The notes under the pieces were generated by a model. That model worked only from the letters and a program-made list of their open reading frames with translations. It did no database searches and was not told where the DNA came from. Of a stretch of DNA of 35,771 bases, positions 27,522 through 35,771 are shown one piece after another. The stretch is taken from the IMG/VR virus record IMGVR_UViG_2897328257_000002. The stretch is one strand, 5' to 3'. This DNA is from a virus (Duplodnaviria; Heunggongvirae; Uroviricota; Caudoviricetes). Made by a program: the position numbers and the translations under genes. How positions within the stretch are numbered: position 1 is the stretch's first letter; the number at the start of each line of letters is the position of its first letter.

Positions 27522-27824
27522 ATGAGCGATAAGCAGACTGAAAAGACTATTCAACTGGATACCCCTATCAAGCGCGGTAAAACGGAAATCACCGAAATTG
27601 TGCTGCGTAAACCGCAGTCCGGTGCACTGCGCGGTACACGCCTGCAGGCTATTATGGATATGGATGTGAACGCGATGATGACCGTGATCCCCCGCATCTC
27701 CAGCCCGGCACTGACTGCACAGGAAATTGCAGAGATGGACCCGGCAGATCTCACCGCTATGTCGGTTGAGGTTGTCACTTTTTTGTTGAAGAAGTCGGTA
27801 CTTGCCGGTTTACCGACAGCCTGA
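27522..27824 (+). CDS. E: Tail assembly chaperone E (P2 gpE family)
   Basis: 100 aa; contains the slippery heptamer near its 3' end; precedes the tape-measure gene. Confidence 0.8.
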   Translation: MSDKQTEKTIQLDTPIKRGKTEITEIVLRKPQSGALRGTRLQAIMDMDVNAMMTVIPRISSPALTAQEIAEMDPADLTAMSVEVVTFLLKKSVLAGLPTA

Positions 27825-27958
27825 CGGTTGACGATCTGGTGGCTGATATCGCCACCATCTTTCACTGGCCGCCATCCGTTACTGACGTTATGCCGCTGAC
27901 CGAAGTGCTGGAATGGCGGTATAAAGCGATTCAGAGAAGCGGGGCCAACGATGAGTGA
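27522..27958 (+). CDS. E+E' fusion produced by programmed -1 ribosomal frameshift (tail assembly chaperone, long form)
   Basis: Slippery T_TTT_TTG at 27779..27785 in the E frame; the -1 frame is open from there to TGA at 27956..27958, overlapping the T start at 27951. Confidence 0.7.
27779..27785 (+). promoter_or_regulatory. Programmed -1 frameshift slippery heptamer TTTTTTG
   Basis: In-frame position verified from the E translation (codons ACT TTT TTG); matches the slippery sequence recalled for P2 E/E+E'. Confidence 0.7.
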
Positions 27959-30900
27959 TAATAACCTGCGCCTGCAGGTCATTCTTAATGCGGTTGACAA
28001 ACTCACCCGCCCATTCCGTGCTGCACAGGCCAGTTCGAAAGAGCTGGCTGGCGCAATCAGAAACTCCCGTGACGCATTAAAGCAACTCAATCAGGCGGGT
28101 AACAGCTTGGAAAAATTTCGCAAGCTGCAGGCCGATAACAAGAAGTTAGGCGACAGGCTGAACTATGCCAGACAGAAGGCAAATTTGCTTAGTTCTGAGC
28201 TGGAAGCGATGGAACAACCATCACAACGGCACCTTGTGGCTTTAGGTCGGCAAACGCTGGCAGTCCAACGCCTGGAAGAACAACAAAAATATTTGCAGAA
28301 GCAAACGGCGCTTGTGCGTGCAGAACTGTACCGGACGGGAATTTCTGCGAAAGATGATGCGGGAGCAACTGCCCGTTTAGCCCGTGAAACATCACGTTAT
28401 AACTAGGAATTGTCGAAACAGGAGGCGCGGCTGAAGCGACTGGGTGAAGCTCAGCGCAGGATGAATGCGGCGCGTGCCAGTTATGCCCGTTCGCTGGAGG
28501 TGCGCGATCGTATTGCAGGAGCCGGAGCCACTACCACGGCTGCAGGGCTGGCAATGGGGACGCCAGTGATGGCGGCAGTAAAAAGCTATACCAGCATGGA
28601 AGATGCCATGAAAGGTGTGGCAAAACAGGTCAATGGTCTGCGTGACGATAATGGAAACCGTACTGCACGTTTTTATGAAATGCAGGATGCCATCAAGGCT
28701 GCCAGCGAACAGTTGCCGATGGAAAACGGTGCGGTGGACTTCGCTGCACTGGTTGAAGGTGGTGCGCGCATGAACGTCGCAGACCCTGACGACAGCTGGG
28801 AAGACCAGAAACGTGACCTGCTGGCCTTCGCCAGTACGGCAGCAAAGGCGGCAACAGCCTTTGAGCTGCCAGCGGATGAACTGTCAGAAAGTCTGGGGAA
28901 AATCGCCCAGCTCTACAAAATACCTACCCGCAATATTGAACAGCTCGGCGATGCGCTGAACTATCTGGATGATAACGCCATGTCGAAAGGGGCGGACATC
29001 ATTGATGTGATGCAACGTCTGGGCGGTGTGGCTGACCGTCTGGATTATAGTAAAGCGGCGGCACTGGGTTCCACCTTTCTGACACTGGGCGCTGCGCCGG
29101 AGGTTGCAGCCAGTGCAGCAAACGCGATGGTGCGTGAATTGTCCATTGCCACCATGCAAAGCAAGAGTTTCTTTGAAGGGATGAATCTGCTGAAACTCAA
29201 TCCTGAAGTGATTGAAAAGCAGATGACGAAGGATGCGATGGGAACTATCCAGCGTGTGCTGGAGAAGGTGAACGCACTGCCGCAGGACAAGCGTCTGTCT
29301 GCCATGACCATGTTGTTTGGTAAAGAGTTTGGCGATGACGCGGCGAAACTGGCAAACAACCTGCCGGAACTACAGCGCCAGCTAAAACTGACAGCGGGCA
29401 ATGATGCGCTCGGTTCCATGCAGAAAGAATCCGACATCAACAAGGACTCACTTTCTGCTCAGTGGTTGCTGGTTAAAACCGGAGCGCAGAATACCTTCAG
29501 CAGCCTGGGCGAAACGCTGCGCCAGCCGCTGATGGATATTCTGTACACGGTGAAAAGCGTTACGGGAGCGTTGCGTCGCTGGGTGGAAGCTAACCCGGAA
29601 CTGACGGGCACACTGATGAAAGTAGCCGCTATTGTGGCTGCGGTTACCGTAGGCCTCGGCACCTTGGCTGTGGCGCTGGCTGCAGTGCTGGGGCCGCTGG
29701 CAGTCATCCGTCTGGGATTCTCTGTGCTGGGCATCAAAACGTTACCTTCCGTTACGGCAGCAGTAACACGAACTAGCAGCGCGTTGTCCTGGCTGGCTGG
29801 CGCTCCACTGGCAGTGCTGCGACGCGGGCTTGCTTCATCGGGTAACGCAGCGGGTTTACTTACTGCGCCGTTGTCGTCTTTGCGCCGTACGGCATCACTG
29901 ACGGGAAATGTCCTGAAAACTGTAGCAGGTGCGCCGGTTGCACTATTGCGGTCTGGATTATCCGCTTTACATGCTGTTGCTGTGATGTTTATGAATCCTC
30001 TGGCGGTACTGCGCGGTGGACTGGCTGCCGTAGGCGCGGTGCTTCGTGTGCTTGCATCTGGTCCGCTGGCGATGCTGCGCGTTGCCCTGTATGCCATATC
30101 TGGTCTGTTAGGTGCTCTGCTCAGTCCGATAGGTCTTGTGGTTACTGCACTGGCGGGCGTGGCGCTGGTTGTCTGGAAATACTGGCAACCCATCACCGCA
30201 TTTCTCGGTGGCGTGGTGGAAGGATTCAAAGCGGCGGCAGGTCCCATCAGTGCTGCATTCGAACCACTTAAGCCTGTGTTTCAGTGGATTGGCGACAAAG
30301 TACAGGCGCTGTGGGGCTGGTTTACTGATCTGCTGACGCCCGTTAAGTCGACCTCTGCCGAACTGCAGAGTGCAGCGGCAATGGGGCGGCGATTCGGGGA
30401 GGCACTGGCGGAAGGGCTGAATATGGTCATGCATCCGCTGGACTCCCTGAAATCCGGCGTTTCCTGGTTGCTGGAGAAGCTCGGCATTGTCAGTAAAGAG
30501 GCCGCAAAGGCAAAACTGCCGGAAAGCGTGACGCGTCAGCAACCTGCGACGGTGAATGCAGACGGTAAAGTGATGATGCCATCGGGTGGTTTTCCATCAT
30601 GGGGATATGGCTTTGCGGGGATGTATGACAGCGGCGGGTATATCCCGCGCGGGCAGTTTGGCATCGTCGGTGAAAACGGGCCGGAAATTGTTAACGGCCC
30701 GGCAAATGTGACCAGCCGGAGAAATACAGCTGCACTGGCTGCCGTTGTTGCCGGAATGATGGGCGTTGCTGCCGCGCCTGCAGAGCTTCCACCGTTGCAT
30801 CCTTTGGCACTTCCCGCGAAAGGCGGCGAAGCGATGATGAGTCGTGCAGCCACTGTGCCGCCCGTTCACCGGATTGAGGCACCGACGCAGATCATCATTC

Positions 30901-31028
30901 AGACGCAGCCAGGACAAAGTGCGCAGGATATTGCGCGGGAGGTGGCACGCCAGCTTGATGAACGTGAACGCAGGCTGAAGGCAAAAGCCAGGAGTAACTA
31001 CAGCGATCAGGGGGGATACGACGCATGA
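27951..31028 (+). CDS. T: Tail tape-measure protein (P2 gpT family), interrupted by an in-frame TAG at 28404..28406
   Basis: ATG at 27951 overlaps the E' stop. The 151-codon N-terminal coiled-coil ORF and the 872-codon ORF 28410..31028 are in the same frame, separated by TAG-GAA; the downstream ORF has only a TTG as its first in-frame start. Confidence 0.8.
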
Positions 31029-31510
31029 TGATGGTGCTGGGATTGTACGTGTTTATGCTGCGCACCGTTCCGTATCAGGAACTGCAGTATCAACGCAGCT
31101 GGCGACATGCGGCAAACAGCCGGGTAAACCGTCGTCCGTCCACGCAGTTTCTGGGACCGGACAACGACATGCTGACGCTTTCCGGTGTTCTTATGCCGGA
31201 GATAACAGGCGGCAGGCTGTCGTTGCTGGCTCTGGAGCAGATGGCAGAACAGGGGAAAGCATGGCCCCTGATTGAAGGTAGCGGCACGATTTACGGCATG
31301 TATGTGATTGAGGGACTGAATCAGACTAAAACGGAGTTTTTCCGCGACGGTATGCCGCGCCGGATTGAGTTCACCCTGTCGCTCAAACGGGTGGATGAAT
31401 CCCTGTCCGATATGTTCGGTGATCTCAATTCGCAGCTGAATAAGCTGCAGGACACGGCAACATCTGCATTAAGCGATATCAGTAAAACTGTGGGAGGGCT
31501 GTTGTCGTGA
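31025..31510 (+). CDS. U: Tail protein U (P2 gpU family)
   Basis: 161 aa; ATG overlaps the T stop (ATGA). Confidence 0.85.
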   Translation: MMMVLGLYVFMLRTVPYQELQYQRSWRHAANSRVNRRPSTQFLGPDNDMLTLSGVLMPEITGGRLSLLALEQMAEQGKAWPLIEGSGTIYGMYVIEGLNQTKTEFFRDGMPRRIEFTLSLKRVDESLSDMFGDLNSQLNKLQDTATSALSDISKTVGGLLS

Positions 31511-32607
31511 ATTTCAGCTCTGAACTGCTTAACAAAGGTAACAAAACTCCCGCATTCAGCATCAGTATTGAGGGCAGGGATATCACCACTGTGCTGGATA
31601 ACCGCCTGATGAGGCTGACGCTGACGGATAACCGGGGCTTTGAAGCGGACCAGCTTGATCTGGAGCTGGACGACGCCGATGGAAAAATAGCGCTGCCGCG
31701 CCGTGGTGCTGTCATTACGCTGGCGCTGGGCTGGAAGGGGCAGCCGCTTTTCCCGAAAGGGGCATTCACGGTGGACGAGATTGAACACACTGGCGCACCG
31801 GACCGCCTGACTATCCGGGCGCGAAGTGCTGATTTTCGGGAAACGCTGAATACCCGCCGTGAAAAATCGTGGCATAAGACCACCGTCGGGGAAGTGGTGA
31901 AGGAAATAGCCTCGCGGCATAAGCTGAAGATAGCACTGGGTAAAGACCTGTCGGATAAGCTCGTAGAGCATATAGACCAGACTAATGAGAGTGACGGTAG
32001 TTTTCTGATGCGGCTGGCGCGACAGTACGGTGCCATCGCGTCGGTGAAAAATGGCAATCTGTTATTCATCCGGCAGGGGCAGGGCAAAAGCGCCACTGGT
32101 AAACCACTGCCGGTGATCACTATCACACGCAAGGACGGCGACAGTCACCGCTTTACCCTGGCAGATCGCGGAGCCTACACGGGCGTAATTGCCAGTTGGT
32201 TGCATACCCGCGAACCCGCGAAGAAAGAAAGCACCACGGTGAAGCGTAAGCGCAGGACTAAGAAGCAGAAGAAAGAGCCGGAAGCGAAGCAGGGCGATTA
32301 CCTGGTGGGTACGGATGAAAACGTGCTGGTACTTAATCGCACCTATGCTAATCGGAGTAACGCCGAACGGGCAGCGAAAATGCAGTGGGAACGCCTGCAA
32401 CGCGGCGTTGCGTCATTCTCGCTACAACTGGCGGAAGGGCGGGCAGATCTCTACACGGAAATGCCAGTGAAAGTCAGTGGCTTTAAACAGCCGATAGATG
32501 ATGCGGAATGGACCATTACGACTCTGACGCATACCGTCAGCCCGGATAACGGTTTTACGACCAGTCTGGAGCTTGAAGTGAGGATTGATGATTTCGAAAT
32601 GGAATGA
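31507..32607 (+). CDS. D: Tail protein D (P2 gpD family)
   Basis: 366 aa; GTG start overlapping the U stop; last gene of the tail operon. Confidence 0.85.
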   Translation: MNFSSELLNKGNKTPAFSISIEGRDITTVLDNRLMRLTLTDNRGFEADQLDLELDDADGKIALPRRGAVITLALGWKGQPLFPKGAFTVDEIEHTGAPDRLTIRARSADFRETLNTRREKSWHKTTVGEVVKEIASRHKLKIALGKDLSDKLVEHIDQTNESDGSFLMRLARQYGAIASVKNGNLLFIRQGQGKSATGKPLPVITITRKDGDSHRFTLADRGAYTGVIASWLHTREPAKKESTTVKRKRRTKKQKKEPEAKQGDYLVGTDENVLVLNRTYANRSNAERAAKMQWERLQRGVASFSLQLAEGRADLYTEMPVKVSGFKQPIDDAEWTITTLTHTVSPDNGFTTSLELEVRIDDFEME

Positions 32608-32697
32608 TTCTTCGCAATGGAGAACTTTTAAGTTTGTAAAATAGAATAATGCGGTATCATTATTGTGAATTTAGCAAAAATGGGGAGAACTCGAAAA

Positions 32698-32916
32698 ATG
32701 ATGATTTGCCCACTGTGTGGAAGTGCCGCCCATACTCGCAGCAGTTTTCAGGTATCTTCATTGACCAAAGAGCGTTACAACCAGTGCCAGAACATTAACT
32801 GCAGCCATACTTTTGTTACCCATGAAACTTTTGTTCGTTCGATTGCAACGCCAAAAGAGTCAAATCCGGTTCAGCCGCATCCAATGAAATCAGGACAGGT
32901 GGCGCTCTCTCTTTGA
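32698..32916 (+). CDS. ogr: Late-gene transcriptional activator, zinc-finger (Ogr/Delta family)
   Basis: 72 aa, MMICPLCGSAAHTRSS...KERYNQCQNINCSHTFVT, a C2-C2 finger like recalled P2 Ogr (CPLCQHAAHARTS...KERYHQCQNVNCSATF). Last phage gene before the host flank. Confidence 0.85.
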   Translation: MMICPLCGSAAHTRSSFQVSSLTKERYNQCQNINCSHTFVTHETFVRSIATPKESNPVQPHPMKSGQVALSL

Positions 32917-32993
32917 CGCTGCCGCCATTTTGTCGCCATCGTTAAAAAACAGTGCTTCTAACATCATGATTTTAAACAGCTTAAATTTCAGGC

Positions 32994-33039
32994 AACAAAA
33001 AACCCATCAACCTTGAACCGAAATGGCGGGGTTGATGGG
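32994..33039 (-). terminator. Rho-independent terminator for ybjL (10-bp stem CCCATCAACC/GGTTGATGGG, 17-nt loop, U-tract on minus strand)
   Basis: Inverted repeat 33003..33012 / 33030..33039; on the minus strand the stem is followed by TTTTTTGTT; about 110 bp downstream of the ybjL stop. Confidence 0.5.
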
Positions 33040-33151
33040 CTCCACAAAATGGGGACATCAAAGAAAAGCAGTGGCACTAATTAAGACTGATGCCCTGCGG
33101 AAAAGTTCTGCGGTTGTGCAAAAAAATTTCATTTTCAGGGCAACTTCAGTT

Positions 33152-34837
33152 TTATCCTAATCCTGGCCATACCATGACGATGATTGTCCCTGCCAGCGTC
33201 AGCAGGACGTTGGCGATTGCGTAGGTGCCCGCATAGCCCAGCGCAGGGATGTTACTGCGAGCTGTATCACTGATGATCTCCATTGCCGGCGCGCAGGTGC
33301 GTGCGCCCATCATTGCGCCGAACAACAGTGCGCGGTTCATTCGCAATACATAAGCACCGAACAAGAAACAGATAACCACGGGCACAAGACTGACAATTAA
33401 TCCGGCAATCAACATCTGACCGCCAATCGCGCCCAGGCCGTTATTAATACCGCTACCGGCGCTCAGACCAACGCCTGCCATAAACACCATCAAGCCGAAC
33501 TCTTTCACCATGCTTAATGCACCTTGCGGAATGTAACCGAAGGTCGGGTGGTTAGCACGCATAAAGCCCAGCATAATTCCGGCGAATAACAACCCGGCAG
33601 CGTTCCCCATGCCGAAACTGAATGTGCTGAACTGGAAGGTGATCATCCCGATCATCAGCCCAATAACAAAGAAGGCGCAAAATGCCAGCAGGTCAGTGAC
33701 CTGGCTGTGAATCGAGATAAAGCCGATGCGATCGGCGATGGTTTTTACGCGACGGGCATCACCGCTGACTTGTAAAACGTCACCTTTGTTAAGCACGACG
33801 TTGTCATCTATCGGCATCTCAATCTGGCTACGAATGACGCGGTTAAGGAAGCAACCGTGATCGGTCAACTTCAGTTGTGCGAGACGTTTACCTACAGCGT
33901 TATGGTTTTTAACGACCACTTCTTCAGTGACGATACGCATGTCGAGAAGGTCACGATCGAAAACTTCTTTACCGTTACGGAAGCTGGGATCGAGTCGGGC
34001 ATGGGCGTCGGGATAGCCTACCAACGCTATTTCATCGCCCATTTGTAGCACGGCATCACCGTCTGGATTTGCCAGAATCCCGTTACGTCGAATACGTTCA
34101 ATGTAGCAGCCGGTTTGTCGATAAATACCCAGTTCACGCAGATTTTTGCCGTCGGTCCAGGCCACCAGCTCCGGGCCGACGCGATAGGCGCGGATCACCG
34201 GTAAATAAACCTTACGGTTGGCATCAGTGTCCAGGCCACGTTCGCGGGCGATTTGCTGGGCGCTGGTCTGTAAGTCCTGATGCTGCAATTTCGGCAAGTA
34301 ACGCGCACCAACAATCAAACTCACCAGACCGATTAAATAGGTTAAGGCATACCCGAGGCTCAGATTATCCAGTGCCAGTGAGAGCTGCCTGCTTTCCATG
34401 CCGGAATGACGCAGTGTATCGCCAGCACCGACCAGAACCGGTGTCGACGTCATAGAGCCTGCTAACATACCGGCCGTCAGGCCAATATCCCAGCCAAACA
34501 GCTTACCTAACCCTAAGGCGATCACCAGCGCACTGCCAACCATCACCAGTGCTAACATTAGGTAATTTTTCCCATCGCGAAAAAAAATGGAAAAAAAGTT
34601 CGGTCCGGCTTCGACCCCGACGCAGAAAATAAACAGCATAAAGCCAAGATTAAGCGCATCGGTGTTAATGCTGAAATGTTGTTGGCCTAATAACAGCGAT
34701 ACGACTAAAACGCCAATGGAATTACCCAGTTGGATCGAACCAAGTCGTAACTTTCCGAGACATAGCCCAAGCGCGAGGACCACAAATAATAACAGAATGT
34801 AATTCCCATTTAACAATTCGGCGACGTTTATATTCAC
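33152..34837 (-). CDS. ybjL: Host putative transporter YbjL (AAE-family membrane protein with two TrkA-C domains)
   Basis: 561 aa, [51 protein letters not shown]..., recognised as E. coli YbjL; normal host GC content. Confidence 0.9.
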
Positions 34838-35106
34838 GGAGGCTAACTTCTTGTTTACTAGTAAGCTGTTGAAAGAAATGGTAATTTACGATAATGTTTT
34901 TTACCAGAATTCAGGGCGCAGATTCATTCAGCGCACCTAAACGATAGTAAAGTAACAATATATTTTACTAGTGTAATCACATTAGGTATCAACGGCTATA
35001 TGAATTGCGTTGGCCTATATTAGCATGGAATGCGAAGCGGCTTTATCTTACTGAACGCCACACTGGCGAAAAATGTGTTCGATAGACGCAGTGTCAGGAG
35101 GAACGA

Positions 35107-35484
35107 GTGAAACATAAACAACGTTGGGCGGGGGCAATCTGCTGTTTTGTCCTCTTCATTGTGGTGTGCCTTTTTCTGGCGACGCACATGAAAGGCGCTT
35201 TTCGGGCTGCCGGGCATCCTGAAATCGGCTTGCTATTTTTCATTCTTCCTGGAGCAGTGGCCAGCTTCTTTTCACAGCGTAGAGAAGTCCTGAAACCTCT
35301 GTTTGGCGCAATGCTGGCGGCACCCTGTTCGATGCTCATTATGCGGCTGTTTTTTTCACCGACGCGCTCATTCTGGCAAGAGCTGGCATGGTTACTAAGC
35401 GCGGTGTTCTGGTGTGCGCTGGGGGCACTGTGTTTCTTATTTATCAGTAGTTTGTTTAAACCACAGCACAGAAAAAATCAGTAA
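35107..35484 (+). CDS. ybjM: Host inner-membrane protein YbjM
   Basis: 125 aa hydrophobic protein MKHKQRWAGAICCFVLFIVVCLFLATHMKG...; position between ybjL and grxA as in E. coli. Confidence 0.85.
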   Translation: MKHKQRWAGAICCFVLFIVVCLFLATHMKGAFRAAGHPEIGLLFFILPGAVASFFSQRREVLKPLFGAMLAAPCSMLIMRLFFSPTRSFWQELAWLLSAVFWCALGALCFLFISSLFKPQHRKNQ

Positions 35485-35513
35485 AGCCCTCAACGCGAGG
35501 GCTTGTCAGACGA

Positions 35514-35771
35514 TCAGGCGTCCAGATTTTCTTTCACCCATGCAGCAAAATCGGTATAGCCGCCGATATGTTGCTGATCGACAAAAATCTGCGGCACGGT
35601 TTCTACGGGTTTACCTGCCTTTTGTTGTAGATCTTCTTTAGTGATCCCTTCCGCACGAATATCTACATACTGATACTGAAAATCATCGCGTTCATTGCTC
35701 AATTTCTCAGCCAGATCTTTTGCACGCACACAGTAAGGGCAACCCGAACGACCAAAAATAACGGTTTGCAT
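35514..35771 (-). CDS. grxA: Glutaredoxin 1
   Basis: 85 aa, MQTVIFGRSGCPYCVRAKDLAEKL... with CPYC active site; the gene starts exactly at the window end (ATG at 35769..35771, minus). Confidence 0.9.
   Translation of the reverse strand: MQTVIFGRSGCPYCVRAKDLAEKLSNERDDFQYQYVDIRAEGITKEDLQQKAGKPVETVPQIFVDQQHIGGYTDFAAWVKENLDA

Noticed and set aside
28404-28406. Possibility that the in-frame TAG codons (here and at 8191..8193) indicate stop-codon reassignment or programmed readthrough
   Set aside because: TAG is used as the genuine stop of cI (1441..1443) and of the 8458..9069 gene (9067..9069). Nonsense mutation or sequencing error is the simpler explanation.
33003-33039. Stem-loop near the phage/host junction as a tRNA gene or the att core
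   Set aside because: A single 10-bp hairpin with no cloverleaf arms; the minus-strand U-tract and position downstream of ybjL fit a terminator. Overlap with the att core cannot be excluded.
1-35771. CRISPR arrays, rRNA or tRNA genes, insertion sequences
   Set aside because: No regularly spaced direct repeats, no cloverleaf-like or rRNA-like segments, and no transposase-like ORFs were seen. The only recombinases are the phage integrase and the fibre invertase.

Overview
The window is almost entirely a P2/186-family (Peduovirus-like) prophage in an Escherichia coli-type chromosome, running from the integrase (1..1044, minus) to the late activator ogr (32698..32916), followed by host genes ybjL, ybjM and grxA (33152..35771). 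Order: int - small secreted peptide - cI - apl - cII - early ORFs - TraR-like - Dam methylase - replication gene A - AT-rich cargo (7.5..11.9 kb) - Q/P - O N M L X - lysis cassette - R S - AT-rich moron - V W J I H - assembly gap (11 N) - Gin/Hin-type invertase - FI FII E/E+E' T U D - ogr. The most interesting part is the cargo at the A-Q variable locus. It holds a LexA-box-controlled small-ORF/DinI-like module, a membrane-anchored orphan protein, a probable cos site, and a tightly coupled ABC-type ATPase + HNH nuclease operon that looks like a Septu-type (PtuA/PtuB-like) anti-phage system with an unusual N-terminal extension on the ATPase. Other notable points are an in-frame TAG inside the tape-measure gene, a tail-fibre inversion module collapsed into the gap, an AT-rich orphan gene between S and V, and a small secreted Cys-rich peptide gene between cI and int. 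All calls rest on reading the sequence and ORF translations by eye and on recalled family features; no database search or computation was run, and coordinates of short non-coding sites may be off by a base or two.
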